41,161 nt of DNA. Origin: an uncultured Dehalococcoidaceae bacterium (GTDB taxonomy: Bacteria > Chloroflexota > Dehalococcoidia > Dehalococcoidales > RBG-16-60-22). The position numbers were made by a program, and so were the translations under genes. Below the pieces are notes generated by a model. The model searched no databases, had not been told where the DNA came from, and saw only the letters and a program-made list of their open reading frames with translations. The DNA is taken from contig CAZPAS010000002.1 of the NCBI GenBank assembly GCA_964584575.1, positions 5,826 through 46,986 on the forward strand, read 5' to 3'. This document shows positions 1 through 8,822 of the stretch, piece by piece (position 1 is the stretch's first letter; every line of letters starts with the position of its first letter).

Positions 1-45
1 ATACGTTCATAATATAGCTGCCGAAAAAACGCAAGGGGGTTTTAC

Positions 46-789
46 ATGACGACGATTAAGGAGATAAATAAGTACGGGGAAGAACTGGAAAGCCTCCTCG
101 GACTGCGCACCTCGCCGGTAGCCGTGAAAATGCTGGAAAAGGAAGCGGATATACCGGAGGGGGCCCTGCGACCTAAAAAAGACCGCGGCGAGCACTACGC
201 CCAGTGCCAGGCTTTCTCGCTTACCCGCCGTGACAGGCTGACGGTAGCCATGCTGAAAGAAGACAACTGGTGCCCGGGTCCCGTGATAGTATACGGGCTC
301 GTACCCAAGCCGGACGACCCCGCCGCCAGGGCACAGAACCCCTACGTGTGTTTTGATTACGGCAAGTACGTCGGTATACTTACCGCCCCGCTCGACAAGG
401 CTACCTTCGAGCCGGATGTCGTGATTATTTACTGTGATACCAATCAGCTCCGCATTATCCTCCTTTCGCTGAAAAACGAAGATAGGCCGCTGGTAAAAAC
501 GAACCTGTTTCCCTTCTCCTGCGCCAGTTCCGTGGTGGACACGATGCTGAACAACGAGTACTGGGTCAACCTGCCCGATCCCGGCGAGTACGCGCGGGCG
601 CTGACCATTGCGGGAGAGATGATGTTCTCCGTGCCGGGCAAGAGACTCGCCGAACTGACGGAGGGCTTGAGACAGTTCGATAAAAACGAGTCCGGGTTCG
701 CCCACGAACAGATGATGATGAGACCGGACTTCCCCCAGCCGGACCTCTATAAGCACGTGTTCGAGTCCTGGGGCATGGACCACGAATAA
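46..789 (+). CDS. DUF169 (COG2043) family protein, divergent paralogue of the copies at 10846-13134
   Basis: 247-aa ORF with an AGGGGG SD before the ATG. Family-like SPVAVK and FEPDVVIIY segments. Three Cys positions align by eye with the other DUF169 ORFs. Confidence 0.75.
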   Translation: MTTIKEINKYGEELESLLGLRTSPVAVKMLEKEADIPEGALRPKKDRGEHYAQCQAFSLTRRDRLTVAMLKEDNWCPGPVIVYGLVPKPDDPAARAQNPYVCFDYGKYVGILTAPLDKATFEPDVVIIYCDTNQLRIILLSLKNEDRPLVKTNLFPFSCASSVVDTMLNNEYWVNLPDPGEYARALTIAGEMMFSVPGKRLAELTEGLRQFDKNESGFAHEQMMMRPDFPQPDLYKHVFESWGMDHE

Positions 790-811
790 CCGTCGTTTTA
801 TTAATAAACGA

Positions 812-841
812 TTGCATTATCATAGCCTCGTGTGTTATCAT
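812..841 (+). promoter_or_regulatory. putative sigma70-type promoter TTGCAT-18 nt-TATCAT upstream of the DUF134-led gene string
   Basis: The hexamers were read directly. It lies in the only sizeable gap (96 bp) of the 46-6823 gene string. Confidence 0.35.
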
Positions 842-843
842 AG

Positions 844-865
844 ATTATGAGCATATGCTCATAAT
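844..865. promoter_or_regulatory. 22-bp perfect palindrome ATTATGAGCATATGCTCATAAT, candidate operator
   Basis: The sequence equals its own reverse complement. It sits between the putative -10 and the DUF134 start and is flanked by direct repeats TTATCATAG (817-825, 835-843) and AATAAACGA (803-811, 863-871). Confidence 0.5.
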
Positions 866-885
866 AAACGAGGGATTTAGATACT

Positions 886-1293
886 ATGCCCAGACCGCAA
901 AAGTGCCGTCGCGTCGCCTACGTGCCGGGGGTCACCTTTTTCAAGCCCGCCGGCATTCCCATGAGGTCGCTGGAGGAAATCCAGCTTTCCGTTGAGGAAG
1001 CCGAAGCCCTGCGCCTTAAAGAACTGGAAGGCATGGAGCAGGAATCCGCCGCGGAAAAAATGAACGTCTCAAGACCGACCTTCCAGAGAATCCTGTCATC
1101 GGCGCGCCGGAAGGTCGCCGACGCCCTGCTCAACGGCAGGGCAGTCAGGATTACCGGCGGAAATTACGAGATGACTTCCCGCAGGCTGCGCTGCCAGCAA
1201 GGCCACGAGTGGGACATCGCCATTGAAACAGAAGCAGAAGAAGTACCGGTTATCTGCCCCACCTGCAAGACGCCGGGCACCAGTAAACTGTAA
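886..1293 (+). CDS. DUF134/UPF0251 putative DNA-binding protein with a Cys/His zinc-ribbon-like C-terminal tail
   Basis: N-terminus MPRPQKCRRVAYVPGVTFFKPAGIP and the helix-turn-helix-like AAEKMNVSRPTFQRIL are family-typical. The tail contains C..H...CPTC. Confidence 0.85.
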   Translation: MPRPQKCRRVAYVPGVTFFKPAGIPMRSLEEIQLSVEEAEALRLKELEGMEQESAAEKMNVSRPTFQRILSSARRKVADALLNGRAVRITGGNYEMTSRRLRCQQGHEWDIAIETEAEEVPVICPTCKTPGTSKL

Positions 1294-1303
1294 GGGTAAA
1301 CAT

Positions 1304-2035
1304 ATGCAAATAATCAACGACCTGCTGTCAGTCCTCGACTACGAAGCCCCCGTGACGGATATACGTCTGGGCACCTTCCAGACAGCTGTAGTCACCCGCC
1401 GCTGCGGGCTGGCATCCACGCCCCATGACTCCGGTCCCCACCATGATAAAAGCCCGGTGAAAGGTTCCGGTTATTTACTGGAAAAGAATGCCAGCGAGCT
1501 GGCGCAAATGGCTCTTTCATCAGGTGAACTGGAGGCGGCAGTCGGCATGGCGACGATTAATTCCCTCCTCGAAGTGGATGAAGCAAAATGCGAGGAGCTT
1601 AACGCCGCCGACCTCATCGCACAGAAAGGCGAAAACAAGAACGTGGCGATAATCGGGCATTTCCCTTTCATTCCCCGGCTCAAGCCAGTGGTCAAAGAGC
1701 TGTGGGTGATAGAAAAGAACCCCCGTGAAGGGGATTTCGGCGAAGCCGAATCCGAAAAACTCATACCGAGAGCCGACGTGGTGGGCATTACCGGCACGGC
1801 TTTAACCAACCATACCATCGAACACCTGCTGGAACTCTGCAATCCGGACGCCTATGTAGTCGTACTGGGAGGCACGGCGCCACTTTCACCCGTGCTGTTC
1901 GACTATGGTATCGACGCCGTGGCGGGGACGCTGGTGACCGACCCTCAACTCGTGCTGAAGTACGTCAGCCAGGGGGCGACCTTCCGGCAGATAAAGGGTA
2001 AACGTTCATTGATTATGATGAAGGGAAATAAATAA
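1304..2035 (+). CDS. DUF364/DUF4213 Rossmann-like protein (putative metal chelation family)
   Basis: The ATG at 1304 is in frame within the 1223 ORF and lies after the DUF134 stop, with an AAGGG SD. Motifs: RLGTFQTAVV..CGLAST, AIIGHFPFIP, DVVGITGTALTNHT, VVLGGTAPLSP. Confidence 0.7.
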   Translation: MQIINDLLSVLDYEAPVTDIRLGTFQTAVVTRRCGLASTPHDSGPHHDKSPVKGSGYLLEKNASELAQMALSSGELEAAVGMATINSLLEVDEAKCEELNAADLIAQKGENKNVAIIGHFPFIPRLKPVVKELWVIEKNPREGDFGEAESEKLIPRADVVGITGTALTNHTIEHLLELCNPDAYVVVLGGTAPLSPVLFDYGIDAVAGTLVTDPQLVLKYVSQGATFRQIKGKRSLIMMKGNK

Positions 2036-2061
2036 ACCGGTAACATGGAGGTAACGCGACA

Positions 2062-2820
2062 TTGGCATTAGAACCCGCCCTTGAGGAAGCAAGAAGAAAA
2101 TTAAAGGAAATAATCGCCGAACACAAACTGGGCAAGGAATTCGTCCAGGTGACCATCGGCACGCTTTCCACCAGGCAGGCGATAGGCGACCCCAGCCGGC
2201 GGGACTTTCCCCTGCTGGAAGGCAGAGAGGTGATGATTGAAGCGGAGTTCCACGGGAGTCACGGGCAGGCGTTCACCGACCGCCCCCACGACTTTACCGG
2301 CTCCATAAACGACGTTCTCAACCTGAATCTTGACACCACCGAAAACCGGGCGATATTCATCGCCACGCTTAACGCGGTCATGGCGCACCTGGGCATGGCC
2401 AGCGGTACCCGCCACTGCCACGACGAAGAGCCGGAGGAATGCGCCGGGGAGATTGCCAGTTACCTGCTGAGTGAAGCAGGTAAGGTGAAAATCGGAATGA
2501 TAGGGCTCCAGCCGGCGATACTTGATAATCTCGTCCGTACCTTCGGTGAGGAAAACGTGCGCTGCACCGACCTCAATCCCAAGAACATAGGCTCGCGTAA
2601 ATACGGGGCGGAAATCTGGGACGGCAGGACGGAGACCGGTAACCTCATTGAGTGGGGCGATATCCTGCTGGTGACGAGCAGCACGCTGGTCAATAATACG
2701 TTCGACGAAATCAGGAAAGAAGCCGCCGCCCGGGACAAGCGTCTGATTAACTTCGGCGTGACCGGGGCGGGAATTTCAGCCCTGCTTGACCAGGAGAGAA
2801 TATGCTTTCAACCACATTGA
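2062..2820 (+). CDS. DUF364-like paralogue, function unknown
   Basis: TTG start 9 nt after a GGAGGT SD. The C-terminal half mirrors the previous gene (KIGMIGLQPA ... DILLVTSSTLVNNT). Confidence 0.55.
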   Translation: MALEPALEEARRKLKEIIAEHKLGKEFVQVTIGTLSTRQAIGDPSRRDFPLLEGREVMIEAEFHGSHGQAFTDRPHDFTGSINDVLNLNLDTTENRAIFIATLNAVMAHLGMASGTRHCHDEEPEECAGEIASYLLSEAGKVKIGMIGLQPAILDNLVRTFGEENVRCTDLNPKNIGSRKYGAEIWDGRTETGNLIEWGDILLVTSSTLVNNTFDEIRKEAAARDKRLINFGVTGAGISALLDQERICFQPH

Positions 2821-2839
2821 AAATAGGGAGGAAACGATT

Positions 2840-3232
2840 ATGAAAATTGCCATATCAGCTATGGGGCAAAGCCTGGACAGCCAGGTAGACCCCCGTTTCG
2901 GGCGCTGCCAGAACTTCATCATACTCGACATGGATACGATGGAGTTCGAGGCGGTATCCAACGAATCGGCGGCTGCCGCTGGCGGCGCCGGCATCGCTGC
3001 CGCCCAGATGATTGCCGGCAAGGGGGTAGAGGCCGTGGTTACCGGTAACTGCGGACCGAATGCCTTCGGAGTCCTCAACAGCGCCGGAATCAAGGTCATG
3101 ACCGGCGCTTCCGGCACCGTGCAGGAAGCCGCCGAGAATTTCAAGGCAGGCAAGCTACAGGAAAGCTCCCAGCCCAGCGCTGGCGCCCACTCGGGAATGC
3201 GGCGCGGCGGGGGCCGGGGCTCTAACGCTTAA
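2840..3232 (+). CDS. NifB/NifX-family (FeMo-cofactor-binding fold) small protein
   Basis: The internal ATG at 2840 follows a GGGAGG SD. MKIAISAMG..VDPRFGRCQNFIILD and VVTGNCGPNAF are family-typical. Gly/Arg-rich tail. Confidence 0.85.
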   Translation: MKIAISAMGQSLDSQVDPRFGRCQNFIILDMDTMEFEAVSNESAAAAGGAGIAAAQMIAGKGVEAVVTGNCGPNAFGVLNSAGIKVMTGASGTVQEAAENFKAGKLQESSQPSAGAHSGMRRGGGRGSNA

Positions 3233-3249
3233 TATCAGGGAGGTGAAAC

Positions 3250-3447
3250 ATGCCGAGAGGTGATGGAACAGGACCGCCCACCGGAGGCGGACAGCGGGGA
3301 GGCAGAATGGGAGGAACCCAGCGCGGGGCGGGACCCAGCGGAAATTGCGTTTGCCCGAGCTGCGGAGAGAAAGTGCCCCATCAACCGGGCAATCCGTGCT
3401 ATAATATTAGTTGTCCGAAGTGCGGTACCAAGATGACACGGGGATAG
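3250..3447 (+). CDS. DUF5320 small Gly- and Cys-rich protein
   Basis: MPRGDGTGPPTGGG N-terminus and a CxCPxCG...CPKCG tail. GGGAGG SD. Confidence 0.75.
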   Translation: MPRGDGTGPPTGGGQRGGRMGGTQRGAGPSGNCVCPSCGEKVPHQPGNPCYNISCPKCGTKMTRG

Positions 3448-3497
3448 TGGTCAGGGAAATAACCGTAAAAACAATCTACTGTGACCAGAGGTGACGC

Positions 3498-3875
3498 GTG
3501 CAGGATTTGATAAAAGAATTCATGGCGCAGAAGAAATTCGCTGTGGTCGGGGCTACCGATAATCCGGAAAAATACGGACACCAGGTACTCGTTAACCTGA
3601 AAAAGAGGGACTACGAGGTATACCCGGTTAATCCGCGTCTGGAGACGGTCGAAGGGATGAAGTGTTACGCCACCATATCCGACCTGCCGGAGAAAGTGGA
3701 TGTCGTGGACTTCGTTGTTCCCCCGGCTGCCACCGAGTCCATTCTCAAGGACTGCCTCAAGCTGGGACTCGACCGCATCTGGCTCCAGCCCGGCTCGGAG
3801 AGCGAGACGGCTATCAAATTCTGCGAGGACAACAATCTGAAAGTGGTGCATGGCGTCTGCGTCATGATGAACTGA
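3498..3875 (+). CDS. CoA-binding domain protein
   Basis: KKFAVVGATDNPEKYGHQV ... VDVVDFVVPP ... IWLQPGSES pattern. GTG start. Confidence 0.8.
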   Translation: MQDLIKEFMAQKKFAVVGATDNPEKYGHQVLVNLKKRDYEVYPVNPRLETVEGMKCYATISDLPEKVDVVDFVVPPAATESILKDCLKLGLDRIWLQPGSESETAIKFCEDNNLKVVHGVCVMMN

Positions 3876-3889
3876 ACGGGAGTAAACGC

Positions 3890-4186
3890 ATGAAATCATA
3901 CGAACTGGAACCCAGGTACGGGACGAACCAGATTCCGGGCAAATGCCTGAAATGCCTCGGCGAGCATGAAATGAATAACTGCCTCCTGGAACTGCTGCGG
4001 GACGATGAGGACGACGAGGAGGTAATACAGAGATTCGAGGCGCTGGTCACCTTTTTGCAGTCGCCGGAATCCAAAAAACTGCGAGATGATTCCGAGAAAT
4101 TACTCTCGGAAGGGAAAAAAGTCACCTTAAAAATAAACGTGGACAGTAACACGGATAAACCGAGCTATGAACTCGTTACAGAATAA
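3890..4186 (+). CDS. hypothetical acidic protein with a CLKC..C motif
   Basis: ATG at 3890 after a GGGAG SD, in frame in the longer 3662 ORF whose 5' part overlaps the CoA-binding gene. No family recognised. Confidence 0.45.
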   Translation: MKSYELEPRYGTNQIPGKCLKCLGEHEMNNCLLELLRDDEDDEEVIQRFEALVTFLQSPESKKLRDDSEKLLSEGKKVTLKINVDSNTDKPSYELVTE

Positions 4187-4213
4187 CAACATATATATTA
4201 ATGGAGGTATATC

Positions 4214-4561
4214 ATGAGATACGCAGTACCTGTAGCCGGCGGGCAACTCTCGCCGCACTTCGGTCATTGCGACTATTTTGCTTTCTTCGACGTTGAAGAG
4301 CAGAGTAAGAAAATAACCAGCAAGGAAACCGTCCCCTCACCCGAGCATCAGCCCGGACTCCTGCCCGCCTGGCTGGCGGAAAAGGGAGCCACGGTAATCA
4401 TCGCCGGGGGAATGGGACCGCGCGCGGTCGACCTCCTGAACCAGAACGGCATAGAAGTCGTCCTGGGCTCCCTGGAAACCGACCCCGAGCAAGCCGTATT
4501 GAGCCATCTAACCGGCAGCCTGGATACCGGCGATAATGTCTGCGACCACCCGGCCGGTTAA
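4214..4561 (+). CDS. NifB/NifX-family small protein (second copy)
   Basis: MRYAVPVAGGQLSPHFGHCDYFAFFDV and VIIAGGMGPRA are family-typical. GGAGG SD. Confidence 0.85.
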   Translation: MRYAVPVAGGQLSPHFGHCDYFAFFDVEEQSKKITSKETVPSPEHQPGLLPAWLAEKGATVIIAGGMGPRAVDLLNQNGIEVVLGSLETDPEQAVLSHLTGSLDTGDNVCDHPAG

Positions 4562-4597
4562 CACGTCCAACAGCCATACAAAACCACAGGAGGAGTA

Positions 4598-5599
4598 ATG
4601 ACAACCGAACAGCAAGTGAGAGAAAGCCTGGATAAAGTCCTCGTTCCCAGCGCCATGCGCAGTCTCCCGAAGATGAACCTGGTGCGTAACGTCTCGGTCA
4701 GTGGCGGCAAAGCAGCAATAACACTGTCCTCCGCGGCGCTGTCGCCGGAAATCCAGGATAGATTGAAAGACAGCATTAAAGAAATAACCGGCAAGCTGGA
4801 AGGAATCACAGATATTGCCGTGGACTTCAGCGAAGAAAAGCCCAAGGACCTGAACCAGATAAAAAACGTCATCGCCGTTATGAGCGGCAAGGGAGGCGTG
4901 GGTAAGTCGCTGGTTACCAGTCTGGTTTCGGTATCGTTACAGAGACAGGGATATGAGGTTGGCATACTCGACGCCGATATCACCGGCCCGAGTATCCCCA
5001 GGATGTTCGGGATCGGCAACCACCCCGCCGGCAGCGATACCGGCCTGCTGCCCGTGCCTTCACGGTCGGGCATCGAGGTTATGTCAATCAACCTCCTGCT
5101 GCCCGGCGAGGACGAGGCAGTTATCTGGCGGGGTCCTCTCATTGCCCGGGCAATCACCCAGTTCTGGGAAGAGGTGCTCTGGGGACAACTCGACTATCTG
5201 CTGGTCGACCTTCCTCCCGGCACCGCCGACGCACCGCTGACCGTTTTACAATCGCTTCCCATCACCGGCGTTATCATCGTCTTCACGCCGCAGGACCTGA
5301 CCGCCATGGTGGTCAGGAAGGCGGTCAAGATGGCGCGGCAGATGAACAAGTCCATCCTCGGCGTCGTCGAGAATATGAGCTATCTCTACGTGGCGGAAAT
5401 CGATAAGAAAATGGAAATCTTCGGCAAGAGCCAGGGCGACGAGATGGCGAAGACCGCCGGCGCGCCCCTGCTGGCACGGCTGCCCATCGACCCGGAACTG
5501 GCGAAGCTCTGTGACGAAGGCAACATCGAGCGCTATGACGGCGATGTAATGGACGGACTGAAAGAGTCCTTGGTAAAAATTATGAAACCAGCTTCGTAA
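4598..5599 (+). CDS. mrp: Mrp/NBP35 (ApbC-type) Fe-S cluster carrier ATPase with a DUF59-like N-terminal domain
   Basis: Deviant Walker A VIAVMSGKGGVGKS, DLPPGTAD, ENMSY segments. AGGAGG SD. Confidence 0.9.
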   Translation: MTTEQQVRESLDKVLVPSAMRSLPKMNLVRNVSVSGGKAAITLSSAALSPEIQDRLKDSIKEITGKLEGITDIAVDFSEEKPKDLNQIKNVIAVMSGKGGVGKSLVTSLVSVSLQRQGYEVGILDADITGPSIPRMFGIGNHPAGSDTGLLPVPSRSGIEVMSINLLLPGEDEAVIWRGPLIARAITQFWEEVLWGQLDYLLVDLPPGTADAPLTVLQSLPITGVIIVFTPQDLTAMVVRKAVKMARQMNKSILGVVENMSYLYVAEIDKKMEIFGKSQGDEMAKTAGAPLLARLPIDPELAKLCDEGNIERYDGDVMDGLKESLVKIMKPAS

Positions 5600-5621
5600 T
5601 ATTACAGGGAGGTCATTTACC

Positions 5622-6149
5622 GTGGAATGGAACAAGACCAAGGAAATAATCACGGTAACCATCCTGACCATACTCGGCATCGCCTGCTTCCCCGTCAATC
5701 CCCTTGTCCTGACCGGACTTATAGAACCCGCTTTCTACCTGCCGTTATTCATCATCGGGTGGATAGCCTGGGCTTTCGGCATGGTACTCGTGATAGCACC
5801 GTTTATCATGTTCCCGCGCCACGGCGGGGTCGCCAGGGGCAAATCGTACGTCCATACCACCAAACTGGTGGTTACCGGTATCTACTCCGTCGTCAGACAC
5901 CCCCAGTACACGGGGGGAATCTACGCGCTGTTCCTCACCACCCTGCTGCTCTACCCCCACTGGATTTTCCTGGCGATGGGTGTCCCGGGAGTAATTTTTC
6001 TTTACTTAGGCACCATCGCGGAAGATAAAAGACTCGTGGAGCAGTTCGGCGATGACTACCGCGACTATATGGAAAGGGTGCCGAGGACGAATATCTTCGC
6101 AGGAATAATCAGGCTGTGGCGACGGCGGAGGCAAGCGGAAACCGGCTAA
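5622..6149 (+). CDS. membrane methyltransferase of the ICMT/PEMT-like family
   Basis: Polytopic hydrophobic ORF with GIYSVVRHPQYTGG. GTG start 9 nt after a GGGAGG SD. Confidence 0.7.
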   Translation: MEWNKTKEIITVTILTILGIACFPVNPLVLTGLIEPAFYLPLFIIGWIAWAFGMVLVIAPFIMFPRHGGVARGKSYVHTTKLVVTGIYSVVRHPQYTGGIYALFLTTLLLYPHWIFLAMGVPGVIFLYLGTIAEDKRLVEQFGDDYRDYMERVPRTNIFAGIIRLWRRRRQAETG

Positions 6150-6823
6150 TATTGAACATCGAAGAGCAGTTACTGGCGGAAAAAGAACGGATGCGGGAAA
6201 GCCTCCTGAAATACACAAGGCAGGCCTGCGATATGCTGCCTCCCCTGGACAAGCCGCGGGTCCTGGATATCGGCTGCGGCTCCGGCGCGCCCACCCTGGA
6301 ACTCGCCGGACTTACCCATGGTAAGGTAACGGGAATAGACATCGACCGAGCGGCGCTGGAGTTACTGCGGGAGAAAATCAAAAAGGCGGAACTTACGGAC
6401 AGAGTCGATGCGTTATACTGTTCCGCCGCCGATATAGAATTCCCGGATGAAAGCTTCGACCTGATATGGTCGGAAGGCTGCATCCATATAGTCGGATTCG
6501 AGCGGGGACTCCGTGAATGGAAACGCCTGCTTAAACCCGGCGGGTACATGGTACTCCACGACGAGAGCATCGGACTGGAAGAGAAGCTGGTACAAATACC
6601 CGCCTGCGGATACAAGTTACTTGGATACTTCGAACTCGACAAAGACGTCTGGTGGACTGAATATTTCAGTCCCGTGGAACGATTTATAGATAAGATTCGC
6701 AGCGAATACGCGGGTGATAATCAATCCCTCGACATACTGAAGAAAGAACAAACGGAAATTGATAACTTCGGCAAATACCCCGAGCGTTACTGCTCCGTTT
6801 TCTTCGTCTTGCGGAGGGATTAG
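6116..6823 (+). CDS. class I SAM-dependent methyltransferase (start uncertain: 6116, 6152 or 6191)
   Basis: Motif I VLDIGCGSGAPT and LKPGGYMVL. The 5' end overlaps the previous gene if GTG 6116 is used. Confidence 0.8.
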   Translation: MATAEASGNRLILNIEEQLLAEKERMRESLLKYTRQACDMLPPLDKPRVLDIGCGSGAPTLELAGLTHGKVTGIDIDRAALELLREKIKKAELTDRVDALYCSAADIEFPDESFDLIWSEGCIHIVGFERGLREWKRLLKPGGYMVLHDESIGLEEKLVQIPACGYKLLGYFELDKDVWWTEYFSPVERFIDKIRSEYAGDNQSLDILKKEQTEIDNFGKYPERYCSVFFVLRRD

Positions 6824-6830
6824 CCGCCAT

Positions 6831-6860
6831 TTGACAAGACACCATAAAATGTTATATAAA
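6831..6860 (+). promoter_or_regulatory. putative promoter TTGACA-18 nt-TATAAA with TTGACA/TGTCAA inverted and GACAAGA direct repeats
   Basis: The hexamers were read directly. TGTCAA at 6870-6875 mirrors the -35, and GACAAGA occurs at 6833-6839 and 6862-6868. Confidence 0.35.
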
Positions 6861-6868
6861 AGACAAGA

Positions 6869-7738
6869 GTGTCAAATGGTAATCATATTTTCACTCTACG
6901 AAACATGGTCACGAATATCACCCAAAAACCAACAGCAATAAGATCAGTATCCCGCGCGGTTAAAATACTTGTATGTTTAGGCAACAGTATGAACACCGTC
7001 ACGGATATTGCTAACTGCTGCAAGCTCAGCAAGCCCACGGTATACCGGCTGCTCCAGACGCTGGAAGAATCGCTCATGGTAACGCAGGACCCCACCACCC
7101 ACCGCTATTACCTGGGTCCATTGATTAACAGAATCGCCTCCGACCCCCGGACCAACCATCATTACCTTATCAACTGCGCTCTGGAAGAACTGACCCACCT
7201 GTGGAACCTGTCCGGGGAGACCGTGGAGCTGAACATGATGGTCGGACTCCAGTATATCCGGCTGTATGAAATCCAGAGCAAGTACGAACTCAAGGTGGTC
7301 AACGGACCCGACCCCGTGGGGCCGGTATACGTGGGGGCAACGGCTAAAGTGCTGCTGTCCCAGCTGGAAGACAGCGAATTGAAGTCTGCCTTAAAGAGTA
7401 TTAAAATAAGTCGGGTTACCGAGCACTCGGTTATCAACAAAAAAGAACTCATGGAACAGGCCAAAGAAATCAGACGGCAGGGGTATGCCATCAGTTACGG
7501 GGAGAGAATCCCGGACGCCTTATGTATATCCGCCCCGATAAAAGACTACTTCTGGCCGGTTGCCCTGAGCCTGGTAGGCCCGGTGAATCGACTGGAGCCG
7601 AGAGTAGACGAGATAATCAAGGAAGTGGTAACTAGCGCCAACCATATTACCGGTACTATTACCGAGTTCTTCAAAGCAAAGGGGGTGATTGCCAGCGAAC
7701 AGGTTATCAAAAAGAAACAACCTATTCAGTACCCGTAA
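6869..7738 (+). CDS. IclR-family transcriptional regulator (start 6869 GTG or 6905 ATG)
   Basis: N-terminal winged HTH (SVSRAVKILVCLGN..MNTVTDIANCCKLSKPTVYRLLQTL) and a C-terminal IclR effector-domain pattern. Confidence 0.85.
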   Translation: MSNGNHIFTLRNMVTNITQKPTAIRSVSRAVKILVCLGNSMNTVTDIANCCKLSKPTVYRLLQTLEESLMVTQDPTTHRYYLGPLINRIASDPRTNHHYLINCALEELTHLWNLSGETVELNMMVGLQYIRLYEIQSKYELKVVNGPDPVGPVYVGATAKVLLSQLEDSELKSALKSIKISRVTEHSVINKKELMEQAKEIRRQGYAISYGERIPDALCISAPIKDYFWPVALSLVGPVNRLEPRVDEIIKEVVTSANHITGTITEFFKAKGVIASEQVIKKKQPIQYP

Positions 7739-7748
7739 AGGAGATAAA

Positions 7749-8774
7749 ATGAAGATGAAAAAAGCAATAATGATACTATTCGCCGCAATCCTGATTTTAA
7801 TGACCGTCGGCAGTATCGTGTCCTGTGAAGAGGAAAAACCCGCGGAGCCAGTGGTCCTGAAATTTGCCAGCGCCGCTACGGGTAATTATCAGGAAGGCGA
7901 GCAGGCTTTCGCCGATGCGTTCAACGCCCGCTGCGGCCCTGATTATACCATTCAGTATTACGGCGCCGAACAGATGCTGTCGTTTCCGGAGCTTCTTGAC
8001 GGTGTAAGAACCGGAGCCGCCGACCTAGGCGCTGTTACTCCCAACTTCAACTCTTTCGACGAGCCGAAGCTGGGCGCGGTGGAAATGCCGTTCCTGCTCA
8101 ATAACCTTGACGCCCATATCGCGGCCGTGCCGGGTTTATTCCCGCTATACGCCGAGATACTGGAAAATCAGTTCAACCAGAAACTGCTGTGTCTCCACAA
8201 CTATACCGGAATGGCGCTCATATCCACCAAGCCGGTTAAAACCATGGATGACTGGGACGGACTGCTGGTCCAGTCTATCTCTCCCGTGATATCGTCCATC
8301 ATAGAAGCCCTGGGCGGCTCCCCGGTATCAGGGCAGCCGTACACCGAGTCCTACTCGCTTATAGAGAAAGGAACGGTTGACGGGGTAATAACTGCGCCGG
8401 CAGCCATGCGCATCTTCGCGTTAACCGATGTCGCGAAATACATGACATCAGCCTACATGGTCCCGGCCGTACACGGCTTTTCCATCAACCTGGACACCTG
8501 GAACAGCCTCCCCGATGATATCCAGGATATCCTGGCCGAGGAAGCCAAAAAAGAATCCGACATCATCGACCAGTGGCTGAAGGGTGAATGGATTACTGAC
8601 CATGAGGCCATAGCCGCCGCCGGGGTTGACATATACACCGTACCCCAGGCGGAGATAGACAAGTGGAAAGCGGCCTGCCAGCCAATCATCGACGAACTGA
8701 TGGCGACATACGGTGACTTCGGCGTGAAGGTAATGGAGATTGCCGACGCGGCGAACGCCAAGTATCCCAACTAA
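7749..8774 (+). CDS. dctP: TRAP transporter substrate-binding protein, DctP type, lipoprotein
   Basis: ATG 7749 after an AAAGGAG SD. Signal peptide ending in the lipobox IVSC. ELLDGVRTGAADLG is a DctP-like segment. Confidence 0.85.
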   Translation: MKMKKAIMILFAAILILMTVGSIVSCEEEKPAEPVVLKFASAATGNYQEGEQAFADAFNARCGPDYTIQYYGAEQMLSFPELLDGVRTGAADLGAVTPNFNSFDEPKLGAVEMPFLLNNLDAHIAAVPGLFPLYAEILENQFNQKLLCLHNYTGMALISTKPVKTMDDWDGLLVQSISPVISSIIEALGGSPVSGQPYTESYSLIEKGTVDGVITAPAAMRIFALTDVAKYMTSAYMVPAVHGFSINLDTWNSLPDDIQDILAEEAKKESDIIDQWLKGEWITDHEAIAAAGVDIYTVPQAEIDKWKAACQPIIDELMATYGDFGVKVMEIADAANAKYPN

Positions 8775-8796
8775 TAAAAAAATAGACACTATGATA

Positions 8797-8822
8797 CGCC
8801 CGCGGCTTTTAAGTCGCGGGCG
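8797..8822 (+). promoter_or_regulatory. intercistronic GC hairpin CGCCCGCG-10 nt-CGCGGGCG between dctP and dctQ
   Basis: A perfect 8-bp stem was read directly. No U-tract follows. Confidence 0.45.

Noticed and set aside
1223-1303. Upstream extensions offered by the ORF track: 1223 for the DUF364 gene, 2786 for nifX-like, 3662 for the small acidic protein, 7689 for dctP, 26006 for the fused permease, 27579 for yjbQ and 27862 for the FmdB gene.
   Set aside because: The extensions overlap the preceding gene or the divergent gene, and they encode basic low-complexity peptides. In each case an internal ATG with a good SD matches the family-typical N-terminus.
2840-4561. NifX-like genes as evidence of nitrogen fixation.
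   Set aside because: No nifHDK, nifEN or nifB radical-SAM genes are in the window. These small NifB/NifX-fold proteins are widespread in non-diazotrophic anaerobes.
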